A stretch of 64,000 nucleotides of DNA from Azolla caroliniana (Eukaryota > Plantae > Polypodiophyta): the NCBI GenBank assembly GCA_043228905.1, contig JBHGNT010000016.1, positions 8,122,001-8,186,000 on the forward strand. The letters run 5' to 3'. Below the pieces are notes generated by a model. The model was given only the letters and a program-made list of their open reading frames with translations. It searched no databases and was not told where the DNA came from. Below are positions 42,972 to 56,700 of the stretch, in pieces. Both the position numbers and the translations under genes were made by a program. Within the stretch, counting starts at the first letter, position 1, and every line of letters starts with the position of its first letter.

Positions 42972-45826
42972 AAGATGAAAAGAGAGATAGAGAGAAATGT
43001 TCATTCATCATTCATTCCCCATAAGGGGGTTAAATAGTACAAGAGGGGGTAGATATAAAGGGGTGTAAGCCCCCTAGAGCATTCATACTGGACACTCACT
43101 CATACCTCCTCGTATCCATCCACATGCACACACGTGTGCATGTGTTCACATACGTATCGACTCACAATTACATTTATGCCCCCTACACATACACAACAAC
43201 ATTATGATAACATTCGACCCTCGCTCATTACACTTGACTCTCCGTACATCTCGTACGAGGTAACACAATATGGCACGCCCGTGGGAAAGTGCCTTGCACG
43301 TCGATCCCACATGCCTTGATGATGATATTTCTGTGACCGGAACTTCCATCGGTCCTTTCAACGATCGACTCCCTCGATCGGAATGCTTGACTCGAACACA
43401 TTTGTCGGTCAGCAAATCTTCCGCGACACGAACATTCTTGTTCTGTCGACTTACGAACTTCGTAAAATCATTTGGGTCGTCAAAAATATGTTGTATGTAT
43501 GTGTGTTCTTCCTTTGTTTTGAGTTGTGTGTGGTTGATCACGTCCATTTCTTTAGGTGGATGAGTTTTCAAAATTTTGTATGTGCCCTTTGATTTTTAAT
43601 TTTTTAATTTTTTTAATTTTTTTAAAAATTTTTTTTTAAATTTTTTTTTTTTTTCAATGCCATCATGTTTTTCGAAATTCTTTGAATGCCCTCAAGTTTT
43701 CAAAACTCCTCGAATGCCCCTTATCATTCTCTTTTTCCCTCTTTTTTCCGTTTTTGTCTTTTTCTTTTTCTTGCCTCTTCTTCCTCTTTCTTTCTGTTTT
43801 CTTTTCCCGCTTCTCTACTTGCCTTCCTGTCTCTCCTCTCTTCTTCTGTTGTTCTTCTGTATTTGTCTTCCTCTTCCTTGCTCATTTTTCTCCATCCTCT
43901 GTCTTAAGCCTTCTCTGCCTTCTCTTCTATACTCTCTACTTTCTTCTCTGTGTGTTCTAGTTCCTTCTCTCATTCCATGGTCTCTCCGTCACTATCTCCA
44001 TTTCTTTGTCTCTGTCGTCTACCGGCCACTCGTGACCGTTGGTTGTCGCCGCTCCTCTATCTGTCGCCGATACTATCCGGCCCGTTGTTTTGGCGTCAGT
44101 TGTCCAGCCTTTTTGGGCGCATTTCAGCCACTCCGGCCATTCCGGCCATTTCTGTGCATTTCAGCCGCCTCGACCGCAACCGACTCCTTTCCGGTGGCTG
44201 CCCTTGTTTTGCCGTCATCATCGTTGTTCCGACCGCTCTTTGATTGCTTGTCCTTCTGGTCCTGCATCCGCGGTTGTCTCTATCTACATATTGGTGTATC
44301 TCCTTCCGACCGGTTGTCGTCTCTGTCCATCTATGCCTCGTTTGTTGTTGTGTGTGTCTGTTTGGCCCTTCGTTTCAGCGTCATCTCCGATCCGGTCGTC
44401 GATTGTTCAGCCACCGCCATCGCTCTGGCCGGTTCCGTCTCTGTCTGGGCCTATCTGGCCACTCCGGCCACTGGTCGGCTATTCCGTCCGCTTTGGCTGC
44501 TCCTCGGCTCTCGATTGCTCCGGCTGCCTCCGTTTCGGACTCCATCACCGTCTCTGTCGATTTCGTCGTCGTCCGACGCCGTCCGTCATCCTGGCGGCCT
44601 GTCTGCTTCCCTGACCTTGTCCGGCCCTCTGGCCGCTCCGGTTGCTGTCGGTTGGTGATGACCGTTCCTGAAGCCTCTCTCATCTTCGTCGGCCCTGTCC
44701 GGCCGGTCTGCAGTCGCGTGGCCAGTCTGTTCAGTCGTCATCCGGTTGTCAGTCGTTGATATCTGACGGTTGTCTCTCCATCCGTCGCTTTTCGGCGTCA
44801 CTGTTGCTGTTTCGGGTCTGTCTACTCTGACGGCCGCCCGGCCATTACGACCGCTTCGGTGCCAACTAACTCTTGTTCTGGTTCCAACTTTTTCCGCGTT
44901 GCTTCTTTGGAAACTGGAAACTGTGAACACGTCCCATTCCGGTCCCGCACATCTTGCTGGCCCACGCTCCACACATTGCGTCTTCCTCCGTAGTCTCCTT
45001 GGAACACGCACACGTTGCTGCTAACCGCACATTTGCACATTGTCATTTCCATTCTCGCACACTCATGTAATGCCATCGTTTTGCAACTTGTTTTGCAACT
45101 TCCTCTCATGCATTGACATCGTTTTTGTACATCTTGGCCAACATTTCTCGGATATTTAGGGCAAAAACAGACCACACAAAACATTCACATATAGAGATTA
45201 ATTCGTTGTAGAATTGTGCAGCAGTCAATCTTGTCAATCTTCCATTTCTGATTTCTTCCGCCTTTTGCTGCATATCGCCATCATTACCCGGACATCTCTT
45301 ACATATCATCATCACTATGCCTCACATTGTCGCGTATCATTCTTCGACTCCGTCTCCAAAGGGGGGTCGCCTTAGTGGTCGACAAAAGGTGTGTTAACTC
45401 TTAGGGCCGGACAATCGCCTAACACAGGGTGTCTACGGAAGACACTTCCCCAAAGCGTGTTACGGCAACCGGATTTGCCTCAACGCTTAATCCTACTTGA
45501 TTAAGTTACTTATTATGATCGTCTTTCATAACACACGCGTAAGATATAACAATTAAGACAGAACGGCAATTAACACAGAGAGATAACAACGCTTAAGCTT
45601 TCATTAATTAACCGCTAATGATTACATTGTATCCGGGCCTTTAAATAGGTTTCCGATCTATATTACAAAACGGTGCCATCCGCACCTGTTCGGGATCGGT
45701 CTAGATCCGAAACGGCATACCGTTTCCGGTCCGTCCGTCCACACTCATAGCTTAATTACAACCACATTCCTACTACTTAAATAACTCTCCGTTTCCCACT
45801 CTGGACTCCTTTGCCGGCCGGTAACA
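42686..45826. mobile_element. Composite non-coding LTR-type insertion with dissimilar ends
   Basis: TGTT...AACA termini; TSD TGGAC at 42681-42685 and 45827-45831. LTR-like 42686-~43267 followed by PBS-like TGGCACGCCCGTGGGA. The right end 45458-45826 (TGTTAC..GTAACA) does not match the left LTR. Confidence 0.7.
42925..42967. repeat. (GA)n microsatellite
   Basis: Direct reading. Confidence 0.95.
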
Positions 45827-46121
45827 TGGACCGAATGAGCGGTATAGTCGGGATGACCAGTCGGATGAGGAATCGGCGAGCAGTGCAGACTCTACTGTGC
45901 TCTCCCCGCGCAAGGAACCGAGGAGACGGTTCACGCACAAAGAAAAGGGGAAGAAGAAGATGTCGGAATACGACACCAGCAACGATGAATCAGATCGGAG
46001 CGAATCCTACTCCTGTAAGGAAGAAGGCGGATCTTCGGGAACGAAGACCGAACCGGCCAAGAAGGGCCTCAAACCGGGTAAGGATAAGTTACGCCGGTCT
46101 TCCCGCTAGAGCCCCTCAAAT

Positions 46122-46156
46122 AGCCCCTCAAAGAAATCTCGCGGGGGGAATCTAGT
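46122..46156 (+). mobile_element. Helitron-like 3' terminus (decayed GC hairpin + CTAG|T)
   Basis: cccctcaaagaaatctcgcgggggg-aat-CTAG-T; the hairpin left arm is imperfect. Confidence 0.4.
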
Positions 46157-47313
46157 GTCAAATACAATAGTACCCTTCGATGCTTAAGAGTTTGAGAAAC
46201 CTATGAGGCTTCCCATGATCTCAATGCAAAACCAATTAGGGTCAAGGACAATGTGGCTGATTCCGTTTATGTATATGATGTTATCGGACTCGTTCAAGGA
46301 TAGGGCATCGCCTTCAATTTAGCTTTGTCAATGGAAAATTGGATAGGGCATAGTTGGCTTTCTTATCCCAACTTAATGATTCGTTGATTTGTGTTCTTTA
46401 AATGATTGGAGAGAAGTTCACCGACTTTTGTGTAGATGCACCTCAAGACCTCGAAGCATGTATTTGGCAAATGCTAAAGATACACTCTGCTACATGTCAA
46501 TCACACCTTTAAAATCTGATGGAAGTGAATCAATGGAAGATGAGAGGGAGCGAGAGACCGAGAAAGTCCATTTGATCTGCTCGGGTGAATACCACGATGA
46601 CTTTGAGAGCCATGTACCTGAAGCTGAGCTAGTACCTGAAGCTAGTTGGCTTCAAAGTTGGACTCTGTTTTCTCCCCTCCTTTCTTGTGACTTTTGCTCT
46701 CCATGGGACTCCAAACGAACATGAACAATTGCGCAAGAAACCAGTGCTCCTTCTCCAGTTGGATGGTTTCCTCTCCTCCTCTTCGACGAGATTATTATAC
46801 TTCAGGAGGAGATGGGCAGCTCAGCCGGTGAGATTGGTCGGCCATCCCATCACTTTGCATAGAGAAGCGAACATCGTGTCTCTACTCCCCCCATTCCCAA
46901 GCTCACATTGTTTTAACTATGAGGAATACCCATAACTTATGCTCACTTCGGGTTTATATGTGGTGATGAGGAAGAGGTCTGACATCAAGCTGACCATGAG
47001 AGCTTAAGTTGAGTAGAGCTGCTCTCGATTTCGAGCACGCGTCTTTGACCTCATCTGATTCCACAATTTGTGAAGTTGAATTGGTGAGAGGGTAGCAGGT
47101 GAGGCTTCTCCATGAGATTTGAGTGAATGAACCAACAAGAAAAACAAGGGAAATTATGTGAAAGGAAAGTTATGTAGACTCCCTGCATATCTCACATAAT
47201 AATAAAAAATGAGAATGCTAGTTTTAGCTAATGCTAACTGATGATAATTTCATCGAATTTTGTTTGGCCATAAACATAACAATTATTGAAACAATGCAAA
47301 CTCAAACACATTA

Positions 47314-47378
47314 TCTCTCTCTCTCTCTCTCTCTCTATCCAAACTCAACTATTAATGTGTTTGACTTAAAGCAATTCA

Positions 47379-47417
<39 letters not shown>
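47314..47417. repeat. (CT)n and (TA)n microsatellites
   Basis: Direct reading. Confidence 0.9.
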
Positions 47418-47420
<3 letters not shown>

Positions 47421-48001
47421 CAATATGAATGAGACAACAAGGATGTGATTCATTTTACGTTGCCATTCTTTGTTGCTTTTGGCATCTTACTCTTCTCTCG
47501 TTGGATATCATGCGTCTTTTACAATGTAATGTGTCGTTTCCTTTTCCTTTCCATCACTTTTGATTGGCCTCCAAGGAAATCTAGAAAAGATGTTGGCCAT
47601 CTTTTGGGCCATTTACACAATATCATCATGTATATGAGAAGAGGCTAGAAACGTAAAACAAAAAGGAGCTTGTTTTATATTTGTAGAATCTAAACCAAAT
47701 ATTAAAATCTAGATAGTTGTGTAGTAGGTTCGTTCATTATAGAGATGTAAATTAGTTGTTTTTTTAAGAGGCAAATTAGTTAACGAACAAGTCACCACAT
47801 ATCCATACTCTGGCTACATAAGGTGATCCATCATCTTCATTCACATTTCCAAACGCGTCAATGAAATAAAACAATAAATATAGAAAAACAAATACATGAG
47901 TTGTTCTATATATATATAAGGTATCTACGATGAAGTTACTAGGATGGCCTTTTTGGATCTATTGGATGTGAACACAACACTATGTGGAGTGGGGTACGTC
48001 G

Positions 48002-48954
48002 TGTTAGGAATATGGATCCGAATCGGGATGATTTGGACTACCAACTCAATCAAGACAAATTAAACAATAGATGAAACCACAAGACAGAAATGAGAGTACA
48101 CCAAAAATTTTAACGTGGAAAACCCAAAATAGGAAAAAACCACGAGAACCGTAGGTTCCAAACAACTTCACTATATCTTTGATTACAACAGAATACAACC
48201 TCACTAGAGGGGTGTATCTACCTCAAGGCAATGGCCTTGATTACAACCTTCACCCAATCGAGTGGATAGAATAACAAGGATTACAAACTGCGTACGAACT
48301 CTCTAGGTTTTGACTAGAGAAATGTCCTAGCCTCAAGGCAGCAGCCTTGGCTACAATCGTCACACGATTGGGTGGATACAATAACAATAAGCACAAGGAA
48401 TGTGCTAGTCTCTCTAGGTTTTTGTCTAGAGGAAATATATTAGCCTCAAGGCAACAGCCTTGGCTACGATCCTCACCCGATTGGGTGGATAAACCAAAGA
48501 AAACTAAAATTAGAAAAACATAAAACGAAGAAACTTGAAACAAGTAGACAAGACAAGTGTTGTTTAGTCGTGGTACTTCGATAACACAAACAACCCTCAT
48601 AGGTCTCTGTCTCTACGTTGGTAGTCCACTCTTGCTCTTGCTCCCTCTTTCATTTTCTATTTTTCTGTCTCTGTTTTTCTATTCTTCCCACATTTTTCTA
48701 TTTTGCTCTTTGTTCACTCGAAAAATCAGATCGAGCTATATTTCCCCCTTCTCCTTTTTTATTTTTTTCTCCTTGTTGTCCAACGTCTATGTATCTGTGT
48801 TCACACTCACACACCCAAAAACATACATAGGAAAAGGAATATGTATATATAATTATAAATAATTATCACTTTTCTCCTTTTTGGCCCCACGATCGTTCGA
48901 TGCTCAACCGACTCTAGTTGATGTGGGCTCCACTTGAGTGGACAAGCCCCAACA
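48002..48954 (-). mobile_element. Solo LTR with about 118-bp internal tandem repeat x3
   Basis: TGTTAGG...CCCAACA termini; flanks CGTCG/CGTGG (4/5 TSD match). TTAACGTGGAAAACCC motif; repeated ctcaaggca..gccttg.ctacaa..tcacccgattgggtggata. Strand is inferred. Confidence 0.75.
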
Positions 48955-49531
48955 CGTGGGAGTTAACACATTGTAACTTGCTCAACATCTATATGAGCAA
49001 AAAGTTAGCATTGACCGGTTCAAGTTTATGATCCTTATGCCCATGTGTGAGATGAATAAAGCTACGTTTAACCCATTAAACAAAGAATCTAATGTTGAAT
49101 TTTGGTGAAGCATATTCCACCATTGATTATGCACCAACTATATCCATAGATCACATTCCAACTCGAAGCTTATCCTTCTCGTATCCGGTAGTGATCTACA
49201 AGAATTGATTCGGATCAATATCAACGTGATGTCATAATTATTCGATGTCACGATCTAATTGAGCATTATACTTCAATATTGGGTCTATGCAACCTATCTA
49301 TCGTTTTCATTTGACTTACAATATTGGGGTGGCAAAAAAGTAAAAGAACGTAGAGAGCATTAGGCAATGTGTGAAATGAAAGATATAGCATTAGGTAATG
49401 TGCGAAATGAAAGATATAAATATTATCAATACCATTACAAATAATAAGTTCAATGTTCACCAAAACTACCGACATCACCTTCGAATTTCCCACCCTAATT
49501 TATTAAAAATACCACCAATACATATATTTAT

Positions 49532-49772
49532 ATGTGCCCCAACTCGATACTTGGTATCGAGTTGTGCCCCAACTCGATACTTGGTATCGAGTTGTGCCCC
49601 AACTCGATGCTAAGTATCAAGTATGTGCCCCAACTCAATACCAAGTATCGAGTTCATGCACATATGTGCATCCACTCGATACTTGGTATCAAGTTGTCGT
49701 AAATATGTGCCACAACTCGATACCAAGTATCCAGTTGTTGCACATACATGCAACAACTCTATACTTGGCATC
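49532..49772. repeat. About 30-bp tandem repeats with palindromic core CTCGATAC-ttg-GTATCGAG
   Basis: tgtgccccaactcgatacttggtatcgag repeated, with cores in both orientations. Confidence 0.85.
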
Positions 49773-49923
49773 GTCTGACATTTAATTTTAGGTTAAATAA
49801 AATTGTGTATGTCTGCAAACGTTCGTACAGTAGACGAGCACTTACTTGGAGTCTGATTGCAACTACTTCTTGCTTCACATGGCTTCTATCGTGCTATGGT
49901 GGGCGTTGATTCCTTATTTGCTT

Positions 49924-49925
<2 letters not shown>

Positions 49926-49970
<45 letters not shown>
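49926..49970. repeat. (CT)n microsatellite
   Basis: Direct reading. Confidence 0.95.
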
Positions 49971-49973
<3 letters not shown>

Positions 49974-50036
49974 GTAAATGTATGTTTATATTGAAACAAC
50001 ATGATAATACAAAAAAACCTTGCTATCAAAACTACA

Positions 50037-50370
50037 TCAAAGGTAGTGATGTGGCAAGGACAACCTTCTAAGGTGCTGCAATACAAAGCGACACAAATGT
50101 AACTCATTTGGGAACAAAGTTCCCATACAACATAATTGTGAAAATTGCCAAATCAACTTTCCTTTTATCCTACATATCTGTTGAGATACTCTAGAAAGCC
50201 CATCAAATAAGAAACCATTCCGCAAGTTCCAAATATACCACATGCCCAAGTACCACAAATAATCAAACACAATCTTATACTCTAGGGATGGTAAAACTCT
50301 ATCACCTTCAATGAAAACCCATTGAAAAGCTGACAAAATATTTCCAGTTAAAGACCCCCACAATTGTGAT
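50037..50370 (-). mobile_element. L1-type LINE ORF2 C-terminal fragment, opposite orientation to the adjacent LINE
   Basis: WYLGMWYIWNLRNGFLFDG matches the W.IW..RN...F motif of plant L1 ORF2 ends. Confidence 0.55.
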
Positions 50371-50714
50371 ATACCTATCCATATACTTTTAGTAACAGGG
50401 CAAGATATAAACCTGTGTCGAGAATCCTCATCAACCGTCGTACAAAAGACACATGTACCGGATAAACAACAAGAGAAGACAAAAAGATTGTTGCACGATG
50501 AAGACCACCATATCCCCTGTCATCGTTCAGCCTAACGTTATTCAGCCTTCTGTTGCTCAACCTTCCACCACTCAGCCTGCCGCCGCCACCAGTGCCCAGC
50601 CTGCCGCCACCCAGCCTAGCGCCGCTTAGCCTGTTGTCGCTCAGCCTATAGTAGCCGATGATTGCTTAAATCATCTATAGGGATCTGTAGGGGCTTCCGT
50701 TTATACCAAAGAAG

Positions 50715-53700
50715 ATGCGGAAAAACAGTTTTGTCCCCTTCAACTTACCTGCTACAGCCAATCCAATTGTTGTGGCCAACCTCTCAACCTCCTCCATAAA
50801 CCCGGTTGTCTTCAATGCAACGGCGAACCAGGAGCAATTGCCGCGCTATCGCGAACAGCCTAACCGGGGCTCCCATGTAGCTAACCCGGATATTACACCT
50901 ATTTCAGACAACGTTGTAGAGCTTCTTAGTAGAGCTTATGTTGTCAAAATAAGATAGAGCACAAATTGTAAGAGATATTCAACGTTTAGAGAAGAGGATT
51001 ATCATTGCGCAAGTTTTGGGGATTCGTCCTCGGCGTGTTGATCTTCGTTTGTTAGTACAAGCTTCTTTAAAACAAGATATTGACAACATCACGAATATTC
51101 AAATGCTTGGTCGGAACTATTATCAAGTGGAGTTCGAGCTTGAACGGATGGTACCGATCTTGCTAGAGAAGAAAACAGTGGCAATCAAGGGAGGATGGGT
51201 ATTCTTCCACAAGTGGACTCACAACTTCTTCGCAAATCAGGTACTTCATGATTTAGATTCATATCATACATGTGTGGCAGTGTTTCCCAATTTACGTAAA
51301 GAGTGGGTGCCATTTGTGCATCTAATTGCCAGTACAATTGGCACAGTCTTGGAAACTTATGATAAACCTCGTCAGAACGACAATAAATATATGGGAGCTA
51401 CATCAACAAAACTTTTGATTTCTAAGTCCACAAATTTGCCCTCAAATATCTTATTGCCTAATCGGCTTGACTCTAGACAAGAATCTTATTCTCAGAGAAT
51501 TTTGTATAGGGGTTTGCCAAATCAGTGTTTTCGGTGTTTTGGATTTGGTCATTTGGCAAAAAATTGCCCTAAATTTAATAAAGAGACAGACAAGCATGTA
51601 CCCAATACAACTATAGTCCCATCTCAGGCTAGATCTGAGGGTTGGACTGAGGTCGGCCATAGGAAAGTATCTTCACAATTATCTTATGACAAGCATCATC
51701 AAGTGTCAATCAATAATTTAAAGGAATTTCCCCCCTTACAAAATAGATATTCTACTCTCCAAGTAGAAGAGGATTGGTCACATGAAGTGAATATTTCAGA
51801 TCAATCATCAACCCATTTTTCCCAAAAGTCAAACTTACTTTCTACTAAGTTGCCTAAGACTTTCCCAAGGTTAATAGTAGGCCAACTACCCTTGAAAATT
51901 GTTGAGAACTAGCAATTGACACCAAATGTTAATTTGGATTCATCTAAAAAATTAAAAGGAAAAGTTGTCTTTGCTCAAGATATTACAGATGTGGAAATGC
52001 CTCCAAGTGTTATGGGAATCGAAGCAAACCAACAAATCAATATCGGTGTCTCTAGTAGTTCGGTTCCCTTTGATAAGCTTGTAGGAAAATCTATTTCTAG
52101 TCAATCAAATATGATGGGGGTTGAAATGGCTCAAGGAGTAGATAAACTCCCTTGTGCTGGATATCAATTTACAGTTTCACAGGATACCTTGACACTTCAA
52201 ATCCCTCAAAAGCAAGTTAAGGATCATAGGGTACATAAGCATGCAGGGACCTATCTGCTTTTAAAACGACAAGCAAGAGCTCAAGAGGGTGCCCAGAAAG
52301 GCCGCCAAGATGCTCTCCTTGAGAAAAGGACACCAATAAAATCTGTGTAAGATGGACACCTTACATCTTCTTTCCTGGGATGTGCAAGGCTTGGGTGGTC
52401 AGGCTTTTCGTAGATTTAAAGGACTCTTACGCGCAGATTTAGGTACTGCTAATGTAGGAAATATTGATATTCTATTTTTACAAGAGCATCACTTATGTAT
52501 GGATAGAATTCGGAAGTATGGATCTATTTTACCAGGATGGTGGACTCACTTCTGGATTCCCGCTTTTGGCCCCACTAGCCGTCAGGCTGGACTATGCATT
52601 GCAGTTAAACAACATTTGCAGTCTATCATTGTGTCAGCTGCTACTATTATGAATAAAAGGCCACAATTCTTGATTGTAAAAATAAGATCCCAAAAGGTTG
52701 GCCTTATGAATCTCTATGCCCCTAATTCTGCGGTCGAAAGGGCAAAGTTATGGATATCTCTTTTTGATTATGTGAGTTTAGCGGATTGTTGGTTGGTAGG
52801 AGGCAACTTTAATATGATTGAGGATGTTGCTAACAGGCTGGGAGGTATAACTACTACAATTTCAGGATGGGAAGCTAAGTGTTGGGATTACTTTTGTTTT
52901 ACTTATGGGTTGCTGGATTTATGGAAGGTGCATTCATTTTCACGTATACAAGGATCCCTTCAATTTTCTAGATCAGATAGAAGCTTGGTTGCTACAAATT
53001 TGTCTCGACTAGATAGATTTTATGCTAGTAGCATTGTTTGGGAAGCAAGTGGATCCATAGGAATTATTACAGGATCAGCTATCTCTGACCACGACCCTCT
53101 GAAGTTACAGGTTACATTGACTAAGAGGCGATACTCGAGACAATTGTGTATCCCTCCTGCAATGTTATTTGAGGATAATCATTGGATGGCAATCATACAA
53201 ATATGGTCAAAATACAATTTCTCAGATGACTGTTTGCTTAGCAATATGACTCATGCCATACTCGATACTTATGAAGAGAGAGAGAAAAAAGATAGAGAAG
53301 AGAAGAGGAAGAAAAAAGAATACTTCAATATACTATCAAGAAAAGAATACAATCCTCTTAAACACCAAGAGGAACAACCCCAAATAACTACTTCAATATA
53401 CTATTACTAAAATAGTCTTTTTGCCTTCTCTCTTTCTTCTAATAATCGTCTTCCCACTTCTTCTGATCTTCTTCTTCTTACTCACTTCTTCTTGTAGATC
53501 TTTTATCTTTCCTCCCTCCCCCTAATTGCTAAGAATACTGCATATTTATAGGTTTTTAGTTGTGTTATTCTTGCTTTTTTCTTTTCTTTTCTTTTACATA
53601 TCCTCGAGTTTGTGTGGTGTGTTTTTCATATAATTATTTCTGGGTTTTCATCCAATTTTTTCATACAAGAAAGCTCTCTTTGTCAGATTTCTTACGAATC

Positions 53701-56700
53701 TTTTCTTTTGAAATTTGGATAAGAGATGAAGAAGTTATGAGCTTTTTTCTCTACCTTGCTTTTTCTACTTAATTTCTTGCATTTTTCTTCTTTTTCTTTT
53801 TTTTTGTTTTTTCTACTTTTGAAAAACGCCTCTAACTTTATTTCTCTTCAATTTCATTTATCTTTTAACTCTTGGACCTTTCATATTATGCTTTATTCTT
53901 CTATACCTTCACATCCAATGTATTTGTCACAGTCTTTTCCTATAAGCAAAAATTGACTTCACATTTAGCCCCCCTCCTTGCTTTTTGGTGAACCATTTAT
54001 GGTGAACCCTAAGCTACTAATAAAACCAAAAAATTCTCCTTCGCCTTATTCATGGCTATAGACAAAGAAGGAGAGAATAAATAAAAAGAAACAAATTATG
54101 TGAGTAAAACCCCTGTTAGTCGGTAGGAAAAACCTCACACTCCTAGACACATACACACACACACACACACACACATTGACAATAGCCACCACCATCTTTC
54201 TCCTAGTCAACACAAAGAAAGAGGTTACAACAATTATTATATCTTCCTCAACTCTCCAAATACTAGGTGGACCATCGAATACATAATGCTTGATAGAAGT
54301 AAGCATGTCAAAATATGAATAAATCTTTCAAGTGATCGAACTTTTTGCACAAACACCTTCAAAGCTTTGAGACTTGTTGGAATTGTCACCTTTTGAATTT
54401 CTTCGATCTTTGATTTATCCATATAAATTCCTTCTTAGCACACGAAATTCTCCACACTACCTTGTTGTGTATGTATGACCATTTCATTTAGTATCTCATC
54501 TCGAAAAAGAAGCAAAAATTGATCTCGTTTGGTTGAATCAATCAAGGGTTTGAAGTTAATGTCATTCTTCTTTGGAACCACAACAATAGGTGAGACAAAC
54601 TTCAAATCTTCCAACTTGATGTGGTGCTTGATGTCTTCTCCTCTTATCTGTGAATAGTTAATTATGAATAACTTTGGAAACTTAGAAATAAGAGAAATAA
54701 ACCTTTGATGCTCTCCTCGAATATTTTGGAAATCATCTTTTCTTTTTCCCCCAAAGTCATAATACTTTTCTCCTCAATGACTTCTTCTTCCTCGTTAAAC
54801 ACCACGTGGAATGACTTATTTTCCCTATCCCATGAAGATTCATCAATTGTTATGCTTTCCTCTTCTTGCTTACCATTGTCTATAGATGATTCCTTCTCCT
54901 TTAAACATTTGATTAGTTGTTGTGGATCCTTTGATGGTGATAAGTTCATGATACTCCAATCATGCATTACAAGTAATTCTCTTGGCTCTTGATCAAATTG
55001 TTGTTGAAGAGTCGATGCCCACATAACTTTATTACTACTCAATGCAAATCCAAAACACAAATCTTGCACAAACACCTTCATACACTGCAACTTGGCACTT
55101 ACCAATGCTTCCTTACACGCATTGATCTCAAAAAACCAATCTCCAGCTATCACTTCCAGGTTACCTTCTTCATCTTGCAACTCTGTTGTGGGTACTTCAC
55201 CATCAACAACGTTTTTTGTCATATATTCCATTTCATCTTGCACATATTCATCATCAATCACCATATCGCTTGTTGTATCAATAATGTCCTCAACATGATG
55301 TACATTGGCATCACCATCCATAGCATCGCTTCTCATAAAAATCTCCTTGGATTCGTCTTTCACATCATCATTCTTTGTATCATGGTTATCCTCATGAACT
55401 AGATGGGGGAATTCCACATTCATCACCTCTTCTTCTTTGTCTTTGGAATCACCTTCACAGACATCATCATAACTCCAAAAATTAGAATAATGATATTAGG
55501 GAACTTGTTGAATCGGACATTGCAAGTATGCTTGTTGTTGGCTCATGACTGATCCACAATTATCATAGCTTGGATTTATAGTATATGATGTCGATACTCC
55601 ATATGCTTCACCGAATATCAGCTTCTTCAATTGTTGATCATAACTTTGACATACTCAAAGCAAATCATGGAAAGACCTTAGATGCTTCATATGCACTTCA
55701 TATTGAAAATATGGATCTAGCCTTGCTTTGAATCTTTGCATCTTAAAGTATACATCTTCAACAAGTCGAATCCAAGTGAACCATATATCCAAAAACGTCT
55801 TCTCATACTCGAGGTAGCACATTGATGAAACCATATGCAATTGGAAAAGTTCTCTTTGTAGATCTGTCGCATCGCGAACTCCATATCTTGCCATTAGTTT
55901 GATGATGAATCGATAAATCCAACCATCAATGAGTGGACAACTGTTCCTCCCGTTATACAGAAAGGATCGACCCTTCCTGGAGCGCCAAAATGATGAAGAG
56001 ATAGAGAAAAATGATAGAGGAGAGGAGGAAAAAAGAATGCTTCAATATACTAATAAGAAAAGAATACAATACTCTTATACTCTAAGAGTAACAAAAACTA
56101 AATAACTACTTAAATATAATATTAGACAAAAAAGTCTTTCCTTCTTCACCCTTTCTTCTACTAAGCTTCTTATAACCCTCTTATTCTTTCTCCCTTCTTC
56201 TTGTAGATAATCTATCCTCTCCCCTATTACTAAGAATACCCTCATATTTATAGGTTTCTAGTTGCGTTATTCTTACTCTTTTCTTTTCTTTTCTTTTACG
56301 TATGCTCGAGTTTATGTGATGCCTTTTTCATATCATTATTTCTATTTTATGTTTCTAAATTTATCATAAAGAAAGCTCTCTTTGTTAACTTTCTTATGAA
56401 TCTTTTTTTTTTAAATTTGGATAAGAGATGCAGAAGTTATGAGCTTTTTTCTCTGCCCTGCTTTCTTTGCCTTATTATGCGTTTTTGTCCTTCTATCTTT
56501 TCTTTTGCTTTTTCTACTTTTGGAAAACGCCTCTAACTTTATATCCCTTCAATTTTCTTCTTTTCTTAACTCTTGAGCCTTTCACATTGTGCTTTATTCT
56601 TATAGAGCTTAGTATTCGATGTATTTTCCACGGTCTTCTCTTACAGCAAAAATTGACTTCATAGATACAAAGATTCTATTCACAGAAATAGTTTTAGCAT

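Larger units (their letters stand above)
30065..46107 (+). mobile_element. Copia element (same family as 5281) with 5' LTR 30065-30521, split by three nested insertions, 3'-truncated before RT
   Basis: PBS TGGTATCAGAG at 30522. Pieces 30522-31920, 38955-39134, 41902-42685 and 45832-46107 align colinearly with 5470-8245. Confidence 0.92.

Noticed and set aside
43657-45024. Long ORFs (333, 191, 171 aa) as membrane proteins
   Set aside because: Produced by extreme C/T skew that lacks stop codons; overlapping frames are open and no domain motifs are present.
46380-47115. Possible host exon
   Set aside because: Coding-like composition, but no sustained ORF or recognisable motif.
49532-49772. CRISPR array
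   Set aside because: The repeats abut or have no unique spacers of constant length; eukaryotic context; no cas genes.
53269-53410. Charged C-terminal tail of the LINE endonuclease ORF as a novel domain
   Set aside because: It is read-through into the inserted LTR; ORF2 resumes after TSD GATAC at 56664.
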